Assembly: GCA_051294375.1 (NCBI GenBank)
Contig: CM119264.1
Span: 17,372,278-17,436,277 of the forward strand
From: Paraspadella gotoi
Lineage: Eukaryota > Animalia > Chaetognatha
Length of the DNA: 64,000 nucleotides
Reading direction: 5' to 3'
Below, one piece after another: positions 35,604-50,236 of this stretch; position 1 is the first letter of the stretch; each line of letters starts with the position of its first letter. A program made the translations under genes and the position numbers. A model generated the notes under the pieces. That model saw nothing but the letters and a program-made list of their open reading frames with translations, did no database searches and had not been told where the DNA came from.

Positions 35604-36570
35604 ATGTCGCCTTTCTCGCTGTTCTTGGCGTGGGCGTGGCTAGCGCCGCTTGCATTGGCGTCAAGGACCGGAAACGAAGCTGACAGTATTCTTTTGAAGG
35701 ACGTGGAGGCGTTAGATCTGTGGCAGAATGCGTGGACCAACGCGAGAAGGACGTCACCCGTCCAACAGCTGAAATGCGTCGGAGGAAGCGCGGGTGAGAA
35801 AGAAAGACGGAGAAGAAAAAGAAAGAAAAAAGAAGAAAAAGAAATTCGGAAAGGAAAAACCGTCAAAAGAAAGACAATGACGAAAGACCACGAAACACAT
35901 GAATGTCTCCTGATAATATAATTTTGTCGTAAACTGAAAAAAAAAATCAATCATAATCAAATATCATAGACTAACGATGTCGTTAAAAGCTTTTTAATTA
36001 ATTACGTAAACGCGAAATGAAAAAAAAAAATCAAAATTTAAAAAAATGGGGTGAACCAACTGTAAAAATCTCCCTCGCGTGTGATGAAAAGAGAGGAGGA
36101 AAATATGTAAAGATTATGAAGAGAAGAAAAGAGAAAAGAAAAAAAAGAATTTTTTCTTCGTTTTCCTCTCAATGAATAATGGCATAATTTCTTTTACGTC
36201 CAGCGTCCGGCGAGAACACTCTTTTTTTCTATTTTCTCTTTTCTCTCCTTTCCATTTTCTAATCCACCCGCTACTTTATTCCATCTTTTCACTTTGTTTT
36301 ATCTTGTAATTTTTTTAATTATATTTTCTTTTATTTTCTTTTTTTTTAATTTCTTCTCCCGCCGCCGACGATGTCCTTCCGAGCGAAAAGAATCTGTTCT
36401 CAGGGAAGGAAAGAGAATAAGAGAAGAGCGAAAGGGTGAACGGAAAAGAGAGGATGAGTTTAATTAATAAAAAAAAAATAAAATTTTAGAATAGGAGAGG
36501 TCAAACAAATAAAATGAGAGAGAGAGGGAGACAGAGAGAGAGAAAAGAGAGAGAGAGAGAGAGAGAGAGA

Positions 36571-36610
<40 letters not shown>

Positions 36611-37169
36611 AAACAGAAAAAGAATCATTAAACGCGAATCTGGCAAACAATCTAGCAACATTAACGAGGTTTGTTTAGCGTTTTTCGTGCATCTTCCTCT
36701 TCTATTTTTCTATTTTTTTTCTATTTTTCTCTTTCTATTTTTCTCAATGTTGCATCGATGAGAAGCGCTATATCATGAAGAAGGGAATTGTTTCTGACTG
36801 TCGCAAGTTGTCTAAATGCGTTTTAGTATGAGAAAATATGGAGAGTAAAACTGATGGGCGAAGCAACAAAGGTTTACCGGTGTATCCTCAAAATCTATAA
36901 AGAAAATGACACGGCCCATTAATTCTGAATAGATATGAATATAAAAACTATCCCTAATAAGTAATAACATTCTTTCTCTCATCCCAGCCCATACGAAATC
37001 CTTTCACCCATCCCACGTGCGTTGCGTCAACCTAGGCCAGTCTCGCAACGGCGACGTCCGATGGCGCTGCGACGCAGACTTGGATTCGCGGGTGAAATTC
37101 GGCGACGTCGTCGTCAACTGCGAAGGCTCTAGATCCAAATAGACGGTCGAGTTTTGAGAGGTGAGGTCG

Positions 37170-37238
<69 letters not shown>

Positions 37239-39205
37239 AGAGAAGAGAGAGAGAGGGGGGGGGAGAAGAGAGAGAGAGAAGCGGAGATAGGTATTATGAA
37301 TATATTTTATTATCCTTTTCATGCCTTATCCTTTTCATCGGCAAATCGACCGTTAACCAAATTAATGTGAGAACTAGGTGATTTTTTTATTTTCTTCAGA
37401 AATATTTTTTATTTTGGTTTCGTTTTTTGGGAAATTTCTTTTTTTTATTTGCAAACTTGCTCTTTGAGACGAAAAATTGCGGGTTTTTTTTTTTTTTTTT
37501 CGCTTTGTCATCAAAATCGAGAGAAAAAACGAAACGAAACTAAAACAAAATGTTTTTCCATTTTCGATTTCCATTTTTAAATTCCCCACCAGCTTTCTGA
37601 GACAAAAGATTCCACTTTGTCGGGAAATCGAAAAATAGAAAAAAAAAGAACCAGAAAAAATGGCGAGAAGAGAAATTCCATCTTTCGATTGATATGCGAA
37701 TAAAAATAATTTCACTGGCTGGAAAGAAAGAAGCTCTTTCGCGCATTTGGGAGATAATCTTCTCCCTTCTCTCATTTTCTTTTCTCTTTTCTTTTCTTAT
37801 ATCCCCTCCCTTTTTTTCCTTTTGTTGGTTTGTAATTTCTCCCTTTTTTTGAAATTTTTCTCCATAATTTTTTCGTTTTATTTTCTACCATATTTATTTT
37901 TTATATTTTTGAAAATTATTATATAACTAATCTTTCCCTCCCTCTGTTTAAGGATCTTGCGGTCTGGAATACACTCTCGATTACGTGGAGGCCTGGCCTC
38001 TCAAGAACATCGTCGAGTGGCTGCAGTCAATTTTTTCCGGGGAGTCGACCGAGTGGATTCTTTCCAAAGCTCAACCGCTCATCCGTTCGTCTTCCAATTG
38101 GATTCAATCCACTTTCGTCGACGCGAAGAGACGTTGGTCCGAGCGGTTCGAGAACCCGCGCTCCAGGGATCGATTCTGGAGCGATGAGAGCAACCACGGC
38201 TGGAAATGGCAGGATAAATGGAGCGCTTGGTGGAGCCGAGAAAAACGATCGTCAGATTTGGGCGCGATATTCCTCAACATCCTCCTCCTATTTATGGTTT
38301 GGAAAGTCGTCTCTTTCGTTCTCTTCGTAATTCGACGAATCGTTTGCTTCGCCTTCAAACTGATGATTTGTGCGCTCGGACTCTGGGCGTTTTTCCAAGC
38401 GCCTTGTTTGGGCCTGAAGTTTTTGGCTGGTGGAGTCGTGCTTTGCACCGGTTCCTCCGTATTATTTTGGATAGCGCGGCGGATGGTGGACGTTGCTTCT
38501 TGGCTTCTTCGAAGCTTCTCTCGTCTTGTCTGCGGAAGAGAGACGCCTGCAGGAAGAGAAACGGCCACGCCTCCTCATGCCCCGGAAGTAGGACCCGCCT
38601 TTAATCCTCCTCACGCTCCGCAAGTCGATGATCCTCCTCTTCATCCTCCTCCTGCTTATTCTTCTATCTACCAAGATCAGGCCCAGTCGCCTCCATCTCC
38701 ATCGCCGCCTCCGCGACTCTATCCCGATCTCCCCGAATGCGACCCCAACATCTCGTCGGCTTCGGCTCCGCCTCCCCCCTACTACTCGGAGGAATCATCT
38801 CCCACTTATCAAAACGCTCCTTACCCTCCTGACTACACACGCACATCCGCTCCTCCTCCTCCTCCTCCTCCTCCAGGGTTCTCACCCGATATTCTCGCTG
38901 CAGCATCGGCAGCTTCTTCCGCCGCAACGTCGCCGTCCAACTGTCACCAATCCGAAGACGGAAACTCTGATTTCTCATGGGCATCATTTTTCGCCGGCGG
39001 CATCTTAGGATATTTGTTCCGTGGAGGCGACTGCAGCGGCGCTGGCGGCCGAAATAGCGAAACGGACCGGTGCCAGAGATGGAGCGGGTGGAACAGAGAC
39101 CGTCGACAGAGAAACGGAGCAGCGGCTGAATCCGCGTCATCGAGTCAGAGCGGAAATGTCCGACGAAGATGCGTCTCTTCCGATTGCGACACGAATAGAC
39201 GATAG
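35604..39205 (+). CDS. SARAF: Store-operated calcium entry-associated regulatory factor homologue; exons 35604-35793, 36988-37160, 37953-39205; apparent 1-nt deletion near 37140
   Basis: Signal peptide; ILLKDVEALDL...TNARRTSPVQQLKCVGGSA; VRCVNLG...DVRWRCDADLDSRVKFGDVVVNCEG; VLRGSCGLEYTLDY; Pro-rich PPPAY/PPPYY tail; GGILGYLF; terminal TNRR. These blocks match the SARAF/TMEM66 family. Both introns are phase-1 GT-AG. Confidence 0.92.
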
Positions 39206-39460
39206 AATAGAATAGAAAGAAACGACTCGGAAACAACGACGACGAAGGGCGCCGCGTGGAGGATTAATATTGAAGTGGAGTAGCTCGTGGCGCCCCGAAA
39301 AATTTTGCACATAAGAACAAAAAACAGGAATCTGACTTTCATCCAGTTCTCATGACTTTCAATATAACCGTCGCAATTTTATGGAGAGAAATGTTTATTC
39401 TAATTTTGGCATGCCGCGATTTGTGTGGGCGCTATTGATTCTGTCTGTTTTTATTTGTGT

Positions 39461-39462
<2 letters not shown>

Positions 39463-39550
<88 letters not shown>
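39463..39550. repeat. (CT)n microsatellite
   Basis: Directly visible. Confidence 0.97.
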
Positions 39551-39554
<4 letters not shown>

Positions 39555-41205
39555 CTTCCCCTTCCCCATTTCCCCCTCCGCTTCTCTCGTATCCCATCTC
39601 GTTGCTCATTTGCCTAATTAAATTTATCTGAAGCGAGTTTCGATTATTTCCTTTTATTTATCGTTGCCGATGAATCATGAAAAATCAAATTAATCTCAAT
39701 ATTCAATATCGTTAGTTTAAAACATGCTTATCTATAAAACGTTTGCGCTTAATTCTTTACACACCCATTATTGCATTCCCTTAAAATCAGCGTGATTAAG
39801 AATCATTGACTCACTGAAAAGCCGCTGCTGTAGCCCTTCACTATCATACCACAAGAAAACTCACTGATAACACTGATATCGTTCTGATGTAATTAATTAA
39901 ATAAATACATTTATATTACATTTATATTCACATTCTTCGATGATATCAATTCACCACCAACGACACCTTCATCTTCACCCACATTGCCACCCTGAATCAG
40001 CATCAACACACCAGCGCTTAAAATATATTTATAACTTATATAAAGATTATAACTATCATTAATTTCATTCTTTGATTAACACAATCACGATTTCCAGCGA
40101 CGGTGATCGCGTCTCACTTCTCCATCGTCGTTCGACCCCGATCGCATCCATCACCGTCGCCTAGGCAACGGAGGCGCAATCGATGAGGAAAAAGGGTGGA
40201 AGAAATAGAAGAGAAAAGTGGGTAAGTTGATTGAAAGAGATAAGAGGTAATAATGGAGAAATTATATAGACGAGTAGAGTAGAGTGAAACAAATTGGGAG
40301 ATTGAAGGAAAGAGAGGATGAAGCAAGATGCATGTTGATTCGAAGGAGAAGAAAAAAGAGGACAATTTAGTTATTTAGTATATTAATAAAAACTTAATAC
40401 TTGCTAAGAATTTTAAATGATAAAACCACAGTGAAATCCAAATTGAGGTTCGCAACCAACGCTTCTCTCAACGAGAGAAGGAATCAGCATAAGCGAAGGA
40501 ATGGAGACGTTAAATTGATTGTCGGTGGCGTCGCGTACGTCTGATTCCGCAAACAGCTTTTGTGTGTTAAAGAAAGAAAGAAAGAAAAGAGAGGGGAGAG
40601 AATGAGAGAGAGAGAGAGAGAGACGGAGAGAGAGAGAGAGAGACAAACAGTAAGACGAGGAGAGAAAGAGAGATTAAAGCCTCCAAAAGACATCAAAAGA
40701 AAAAAAAAGCCAAGACCATCAGAGGACATCAAATCCCCTCGTCTTGTTTGGACGAGGCAGCCATTAACGGAATCTTCGTTTTTCTCCTAAACACAAAGGA
40801 GAAAACTTACAATTCCGTGACTGAATCGCTCGTGGAACCATGAGGCATGACGATAATGCAGTTGCGATCCCTGTAGCTGACGATGATCTTGATCATGATC
40901 TTGATAATGACAAAGTCAACGACGAAATTTTTTGTTGTTCCCTGTTGATGATGATGATCACGATAATGACAAAGACGACGACGAAATTTTTCGTGGTTTT
41001 TCTTGGCAAATTATTTAGGTGTTTGTTATTTTTTTAAAGTCGCTTGTCGATGTTTGGCGTCGCCATTGTTGACGTCAACGTCGTTGTTATTGTTGCTCGG
41101 CGCCAGCGTCGATGTCGCCGTTGTCCTCTTGACTTCGTAAAGGTCAGTGTCGTCGTTGTTTTTATTTATCGTCGTTTACATCTCGCTCTCGCTCCGTCGG
41201 ATAAC

Positions 41206-41264
<59 letters not shown>

Positions 41265-41975
41265 GAGTCTTCGCTTGCATTCGGCCCAGGACGACCTCTG
41301 ACCTCTCAACACGAGTCTCTCATCTGCGCGTGCGACTCAAATCTTTTCATCTTGCGCGCATGTCCCCCGTTTGCGCATCGCGTGCATTTTGAACGCTCGA
41401 GAATTTGCGTGCGTGAACAATGCGTGTATAAAGTGCTCTGCATCCTCAAACTTAACAAAGAACCCAAAGTAGACCTTGCTTAGTCAGTTATTATGCATTT
41501 CATCTGGCCGACTATTAATGAGTGGACTTGGAATCAAGAATTCACCCCATGTGCCTCCTTAATCGTGTTTTAAAACTTAGATAAAAATAAAAATAAAAAC
41601 TAAACAATTTTAAACTTCTCATCTAAAAATATCTCAATTTTTTTTTCTGACAGGGTTTTCAGAGAAAAAGAAATTGCATATTTGATCCCTCGTTAGCCAA
41701 CGCAACGTGCAAAGAATCGGCTGAAATCAAACATCATTTTAAAGCCAGACAGAGATCGCAATTATTGGTATCAGAAAATTTTCATTCGAAGGAAGACGCC
41801 GGAAACGGCCTTAGTCTTTTCCAATCATTATTCAACTCAGAAGAAAAAAATCGATGTAGAAAATTTTATAATAAAAAAATTAAAGATATTGAAAAAACCC
41901 GATATACTTCCCTACTAACAAAGAGTGCGATGAAACGTGTGATTGAGTGAGGGAAAGAGAAGAGAGAGAGAGAGA

Positions 41976-42031
<56 letters not shown>

Positions 42032-42175
42032 GAGAGGAGAACTTCATGAGAGACCGAACTCTCACTTTAGAGACGCCAACTCCCTCCTTTTCTCCTCTAT
42101 TTTTTCTCATCACTGCACACGTTTCGCAATTAGAAGGCCGTATCTTCTCTAAAACGGCGCTCTGTTCCCCCCCCC

Positions 42176-42230
<55 letters not shown>

Positions 42231-42335
42231 GTCTCTGAAACGGCGTCGTCAGAAGGGAGAGGGGAGCGAGGATTCATGCAAATGACGAAATGGGAAGAAA
42301 TCGAAGAGCCTGACGTAAAAACATATAAAGGCTAT

Positions 42336-42453
<118 letters not shown>

Positions 42454-43173
42454 GCATCTGCGAATGATGAAGGACTGGAATCATGAAGAGACTAGAAGAA
42501 AAGGGAAAAGGTCCCCTTCTTTTGTTGAAGGGAGACCTCTAGACTTAAATTAGATTCCGGCTTTTTTTTTCTTTTTTGTAAAGAAGAAAAGAGACTGAGC
42601 AACGAAGCGAACCATATTTCCTTCTTAGAACCAGATATTAAAGGAAAATAAAAATGTTAAATTTCATGAACGACGATTTCCTTTTGCATGAACTGTATTA
42701 ATTTTTTCTTGTAAATAAGAATATAATATGTAAAATATTTATAATAAATATAATAAGATATCTTACACGTACGCGACTCAACTTCATCCAAAATTGTGTT
42801 GGCAACACAAAGATCGACCTTTGTCATCCAACTCACAATTTAACTAAACAATTGTAGGCAAAAGAAATATCCGCCATAAGTGCTATTTATCGTATGCGTT
42901 TTTACAATTTATAGTCGAGTCGAAAACGCTTAAACGCTCCGCAATTTAATTTTATTAAAAACGCTTCCGCCCCTTTGCGGCAGAGCGGCGGGGGCGGCGG
43001 CGGCGACGGCGCGCTGCAAGGCGGCATTTTCACGATATAAATTCTGGATGTTTATTTCCCAAAACGACTGTTACGATCAAAACAAGAAAACGTAAAGAGG
43101 CGCCAAAGAAAAAAAAACAGTTGAAGAAAAAGTGAAGAAAAAAGAAATTTTGGAAAGTCGTCCATGTTGGTTG

Positions 43174-43322
43174 ATCCATCCATCCATCCATCCATCCATC
43201 CATCATTTATCCATCCATCCATTCGGTAATCTATTCATTCATGAATTATTCTTTCATTCATTCATCCGTTCATCCATTCATCCATCCATCCACCCATCAA
43301 TCAATCTAACTTTCCATCCACC
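43174..43322. repeat. Degenerate (TCCA)n/(TTCA)n tetranucleotide repeat
   Basis: ATCCATCCATCC and TTCATTCATT runs. Confidence 0.85.
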
Positions 43323-45746
43323 CCGGATGCGTCAAAAATTGCAGACATCAGAAAAGGACCACTAACTCAGTCAAGCGGAACAAAATTTAAAATGAACAGT
43401 GTCGTCACAGAATACAGCGAAACATTGCCATGACTCCAGAAGAAGAGGTGAGAGCCGGAAAATTTAGAAAGGAGAGTTGTGAGAGTTGTGGGAGTAGTGA
43501 GATTTGTGAGAGTTGTGGGATTAGTGAGAGCGTGTGCCGTTGCCTGAAGCCGCGGGATCGTCTTTCACAGTTACGCAAATTCATTCTCATTATGCATTCA
43601 CTTTACTCGAGTTTTTGCTTCGAACGGAGGCGGAACCTAAAATCTCTTTTCTTCTCTTCATTTCTTCTTTTTTTTTTCATACTACTTATTTTTCAAAATT
43701 TTCTCTCCTGTTTTCTGTCTAAAAAAATGAAAAGGGTTCCCATAAAGAAAAAAAACCTAGGAAATGTAAGGAGACGAATAAATGAACAAAAGAAAATAAA
43801 GCCGTCTTGAAAAGATAGAGGGGGGAAAAAGACGACGAGTCGCGCATAAATGAAATTTCCGGGTTTTTTTTTTCCATTTCACGAACGGCGCGACTTCCTC
43901 GCTCCAACGCCTTCTGGCGACGACGGGTCCAGGTCCACTTGCTTCGCAATTTATATCGATTTCATGAATCCTCGTTAGACATCGAATCATCGTCAACAGT
44001 GTCTCTCCTTTCTCTTTCCTTCCTTTGCCCCCTTTTTTTATCGCGCGGTTCTAAATTTCTTTTCACACCAAATTTCCTCGTACCCCGTCACTCCCGACTA
44101 TCGTTCGAAAAAAAAACCCGATTCTCGCGCCACAAATTCCGCGCTGACGCCATTCAGCGTCACGCGAATCGATCGGATGCCGGGGCACGTATTAAAGGAT
44201 CTGACCCGCGCGAGGAGAGATTTAATGAGCCGAGAGGGGAAGGCGAGAGGGGAAGCCCGCGGGATCAATGGGGAGACCCGGAGAGATCCTCAATCGTTTT
44301 GGCTCCTTCGATCGTTGCTCACGATGATTCTTCTTTTCTTCCTTTTTTTTTTTTTTCAGTTCTCACGGATGAGAGGTAGAAGAATGCGAAAGGAATGATC
44401 GGCTGAGAAAGCAGATGTATAGAGGTTAATGTTACATCAGTTTACAGTCATGTTAAAAAAAATCGCGCCACTTTATTTTAGGCTTTAAAAATGACCTTAT
44501 ATACTTGAATTTTTAAAAAAATTTTAAAGTAAATTAAAATTAATTGAAAGATGATAAGTTTGGTATAAATTTTATTAAAATCGGGCCATGCATTTACAAG
44601 CAGTGATTTTTTTAAGATTTAGGGCTAATCTTTTTTTTTAATATTTTGCATTCCTTGTAATAGATTAAAGGTAAAAAAATTATACTGTACATCCGGAGGG
44701 ATAACTGGATAATTGGATTGCCCTAGATCCTTAAATAATAATCTTAAGGTTATTAAAATATACGATAAAAGACTGGTCCATGATTCTGAAACTTTTAGAT
44801 AAAATTCGATTTTCCCATTTGGTTTTTAAAAAATAATATCTCCTAAACCGATTGTAATAACATTTAAACATATTAATTTATTTTTCTTTTTAATTCTTTT
44901 TTTTATATAATTTAAAAAAATATTTTTATAAAGCGTCTGGAATTTAAAGTTATAAAGTGGCGCGTTTTATTGCTCATGTGTGTATTTATATTTCATTTTA
45001 TTTGTTTGTTCTATTTTTGTCAAAAGCCCGCCATCTTCGAAAATAAAACGGCATCGGATCTGGGGATCTCCGCCATCTTTCGGAAGACAAAATTCCTCCC
45101 CGGGGATCGAGATGAAAAAACCGATGCTACCGTTCATACTCGCCGCAAACCCGCGGGGCATTGGTGAAGAGAGGAAAAGATGTAGATAACCTAAGACATG
45201 AGCTTCGGCGGAGGAGAAGGAATCCGGACAAAAGGGCTTTATTGTTCGCAGCTTTAAAGTGTGCTATTGAGAAAGCTGGTTTTTGGATTTTCTTCGGCTT
45301 TCAGGTTTTTCGGTTTTTTCGGTTTTTCCGTTTTTTCTTCCTCACCCAAATTTCCGGTTTTTTTCACGACTAGTCTCTTCGCTTCGTTTCTCTCTTCGCT
45401 AATGAGATCTGACTCGTCTTTACACTTTATTGATTTCAGTTGCTCACTCTCTTCTTTAATTTTCAGTTCCTTTCAATTTGTTGATTCTTTACTCGATTTT
45501 ATTTTTTATTCTCTTTAATTTTAACTAAATTTTCCGCTTCTTTATTTTTTCGTTATTTGTTGTCAATCATACCTACCTTCTTAGTACACTTAGTACACTA
45601 CATATTACATATTCCGCCATCTCATCCAATTCGTCTTTTCCTACTTTCACCTTCCTTTATTTCCTAGGCATTCAACCTCTTCTCTCACTTCTCCATTCTC
45701 CCGTCATCATCGTTTTCGCGTTGTTTCCGATTTCATCTTCCGGTCT

Positions 45747-45869
<123 letters not shown>

Positions 45870-46522
45870 TGTCAACCCGGCTCGCGTCCCCGCGCCACAA
45901 ATTTTCTTTGTTGACTCCGTGGCAGCGCAATTTTTTCTCTTGGCTTCCGGTTTGGCGGTGAAGGGGATTGGATTGGCCCAGGGGAAGGAATCCGGACTGG
46001 GGATTGGATGAGAGGGAGCCTGGGATCGGCAGCGCTATTTGATCTCACTCCGGATTGTTTGGGATAGGTATCCCGTTGGATTCTTCCGGTAGTTGACCGA
46101 CCGCGGAGATTTAACGGCAATATGAAGTTGACGCGGAAACGAGTGGTCACATTTGTGAATTATTTTGTCAGCGTTTGGAACTGGCATCGGATGAGGGATT
46201 AAGGTCGGGTATCGGGGATAAGTCGTTGACATGGAATCGGCGTCGCCGCGGCGCTCTTCGTTCCGGTCTCGTGACGGAGACTCATTTTCTCGCGGCGCCG
46301 TTTGAGTCTCTAGTTTCGAAGGAGTAGACCGATTGTGAAGAGGACGTCGGGTGGATGAGAGTTTCTGAGTTCGAGGCGGAAAAGAGAGAGATTTTCATCA
46401 ATAAAATGTTGACAAAATTCATATCGGCCAAATTGTTGTTTTTTTTTCTCACTTTTTTTGTTGATCTAATCTGTGCATCTTCGGATTTCCATACACACCC
46501 ACTCTCTCTCTCTCTGGCTCTC

Positions 46523-46571
<49 letters not shown>

Positions 46572-46600
46572 TCTCTCTTCTCCTCTCTCTCTCTCGACTC

Positions 46601-46633
<33 letters not shown>

Positions 46634-47368
46634 TCCTCTATTTCTTCTCCACCCTCCTTATCTCTCTCGACTCTCCTATCTTCCACTTTTCTTTCTTTCG
46701 TTTTTTCTGTTCGTAACGCGTCGATAATCTGACACGTGGATGGATGCCCCTTTCTCGCTGCGGTAGGGTGGGGGGAAGTAGAGTTGGAAAAGAGATTAAG
46801 AGAGAGATGAGAAAGAGAGGAGAATGAGAGGAGAGAGACGAGAGAGGAGAGAGAGAGGAGAGAGAGAGAGAGAGAGAATCATCATGAATTACTATTTTGG
46901 CGCGTTAGAGAGTTTTTGCTTTTGAATGGCAGAAAGATTGTTTTGCCCCATTTCTTTTCTTTTCGTTTTCTTTTCTTTTTCTCTCTCTTTTCTTTTCTTT
47001 TGGTTTCTTTTACTTTTTCCCTCTTTTGAATTCTAATTTTTTTTAGTTTTCCTATTCTATCATCTAAATTGTCGTCTAAAATGGACGCCGTTACTTTCCC
47101 TAAATTATTGGTGATCTATTTTCCTTTTGAAAATAGTAAGTTAATTTTTGTGACAGTCATTTTTTTTCGCTTCTTAGAGTATTGAATCGTATTACAAACT
47201 ATAATGATCTTTTTAATTAACTTCGTATCAGTCAGTAAAATCACATTTCCCCAACTTGCCTTTTTGCGGCGAAAAAACTTTAAATCTCACCAAATTTTTT
47301 GGTAAACGTTCAAATAAAAAAATCCGACGAATCTGATTCTATCCCCAAACAAACACTCCACACCACGA

Positions 47369-47423
<55 letters not shown>

Positions 47424-48571
47424 ATCTCTCTCTCTCTCTCCCTCCCCCCTCCTTCGCCCTTCCCACCCATCTCTCGATCAATATTTGTCCAGTTCCTGGT
47501 CTCGCTTTCGCGTCCCGCCCCGAGCGAGGGTTTGTAACGACGATGACCTTTGGTTTTCCCGTGAAATGGGGTTACGACTTTTATCCGCGCAGAATAAAAA
47601 AATCGCGGGAGGCGGAAACTGAGTTATTCTCCCCTAAATCAGGACCTCGAGGCGCAATAATCATCCATCAAACCGCTCCCTCTCTTGTTTGGGGCGGCGG
47701 AAACCGAGGCGACGGCGACGGCGACGACGACCGAGCGCGGGAACTATGACGATGACAAAGACCGATCGACGACGACGTTGTTGACGAAGAACGTGACGAC
47801 AGGAAAAAGTGCGGATTTACTAGATGACAAGGACGACGATAATTAATTAGGATCTAGTCTTGAGAAACGTACGTTTTATTACTGGATTTAGACACAAAAC
47901 ATCGATCAGTATATGGGAACTGTAGACAAAATAATAAACAAATTAAAATTCAAGAAAAACAAAATAATGACAAAAATGATGACAATTGAAATAGAAAAGA
48001 CGACAAGGAAGTGCCGGGGATTTTTTCCTCGACGAAGATTTTTCTGTGATCGACGACTCAAAGCTGACGACGACGAAGACGACGACGAAGACGACGACGA
48101 AGACGACGACTAAGAAAACGACGCCGAAGACGACGACGAAGAAAACGACGAAGAAGTCGACTAAGAAAACGACGTCGATGTCGACAAGGATGTTGGGAAC
48201 TTGAGATAAAAGGCGAGACGAGAAAGGAGACGATAGAAGAAAAAAATAAAAATAAAATGATAAAAAACAAACAGGGATGACCACAAACGCAAGGCGGCCC
48301 CAAGGACGAGCCGAGGGGAATAGACGAAGTTCTCGTCGAATAAGACAACGAGGAAGACGATGCGATCTTGGGCACTGGAATTGCTAAAAATATCTTTATT
48401 CGATATTATACTAGTTCGTAAACAATCGTGGACCAAGATACAGTTTACGTAGATTCAATTTCGAAATAATACAATGGTTTGAGTACGCTGGAAAGGAAAC
48501 TCCGGATGAGATAGAAAACCCGGGCGTAACCCCCCCTATAACTTTTTTGCGTTTCCTGACGTTTTTACACA

Positions 48572-48755
48572 CATATAGACATGGGATTTTTGCTCTCAGA
48601 TTATAAATGTTATTACTTTTTTCCAATAGATGATCAGACATCTACCTCGTATCTTGGTTTTTAACTCAAAGGAGCAGTCAGGATTTTGGGGAAACAATCC
48701 TTCTGAAAAACCTTAAGAAGATAGAGAGAGAGAGAGAGAGAGAGAAGAGAGAGAG

Positions 48756-48800
<45 letters not shown>

Positions 48801-50236
48801 ATCGTGAAGGATTTGTGGCTTTGCATTTGGCCAAAATTTTTCCCCTTTCTGGTTATTGCTTATTCTACAAAAAAGTATGGATGCAATGCTCTGGCAGTTG
48901 GAGGCCGCGTTACGAGGAAAGCCAAAGTCTCAGCTGAGTCTAAGATAATGGGAGCTTTTTAAAATCTCTCTTGCAATCGTTAGAGCCAGGATTGAGTGAG
49001 TTAGCTAAGCAGATGAAAATCGGAGTACAAGTCCCTAAAACTTGTTAGAATTTACAGAGAAAGGAACCAAATAACAAAAGGATGTATAAGTTCTGCAATA
49101 AAAAAAAAACAGATTTGACTCTCAAACGCGTTGCCAAGAAACCGGCGATATTCCGCTGATCGGTTCATGACCGTATAACAAAATGGCGACTCAATCGCTC
49201 ACGTGACCCTCACCTTGCGCCTCGTAACTCACACGAGCCGAGGAAATAAAAAAAATCCCACCCGTCTACGGCTTTTTTTTTTCTATTTTCCCCGCGCCAA
49301 CAAGTACGCTCTCTTAGCGGCACGCCCCCTGCTTTCCGACTCCCGCCCCCGCCCCCGCCAGAAAAACCCCCGGATTTATCGATGGTCCAAAACGATTCGC
49401 AATTTCCTTCACCTTGCGCGATAACTCAAGGCGATTTCTCAAAAGCGATATCGCCGAGGCCTCCGTGAACCGCCTTCTCCCCGCCTCCTTCGGCCGCCCT
49501 CCCCTCCTCACGTTCCGCCTCTCTAAATCTGCGAAGCCCTAAACCGTTTTTATGATTATTACATTTTTTTCTGTGGATAATATTTTTCCTTTATTGACGA
49601 GCCTTTTTTTTTTTCAGCGTATGAGGGGTGTGACACTGAGAGTGAAAAAAGGATGGATAAAGTCGAGTGAAAATAGGACGTTGCCTTCAAAATTTTCTGT
49701 AAAAACCCGAGAAAAAAAAATATCGCGGTTGATTTAATTCCAATTTCTGCGTCGGCGCCGCTGCCGGCGCCGTCTCTGCTGTCGCTGCCGCTGCTGTCGC
49801 CGGCGACGACGTCCCTTCCCTCGCTTCTCGTCGAAAAAAAGAATTATTTCAATATGACACGAAAAACATTTAAATTACGCTTTTAAAATCGGGCTCCCAA
49901 CTTTCTCTCTCTTTCTCTCTCCCTCGCTCACAAATTCTCAAATTCTATTTCAATTTCGAAGGCCCCTCCCTCCGAAAACTCGGCGGGTGGGGTTGACGGA
50001 AGAAACAGACGGTAAGAAATTAAAGTAGAAAGCGAAAAACGACGTTGGTTGGGCGAGACGGAGGCTGGCAAAACCGGAATACGCGAAACATTTTGATGAA
50101 AACAAATCCAGGAATAAATTTCAGCGGCGGCGGCGGCGTCGGCGGCGGCTGTGGCGGCGGATCAGATCGGGGGAGGCGCAATATTTGGAAAGCGTTTGAT
50201 GAAAATAAGCATCGCAAATATCACGAATGAAAGGCG
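48572..50236 (+). repeat. Indel-rich duplicate of 51906-53667 ending at a 25-N gap (probable assembly artefact)
   Basis: Colinear from CATATAGACATGGG to AAAGGCG; differences dominated by 1-nt indels. Confidence 0.9.

Noticed and set aside
43430-43810. Metallothionein-like ORF (SCESCGSSEICESCG)
   Set aside because: The Cys pattern comes from a short TGTGAGAGT repeat, and the rest of the frame is low complexity.
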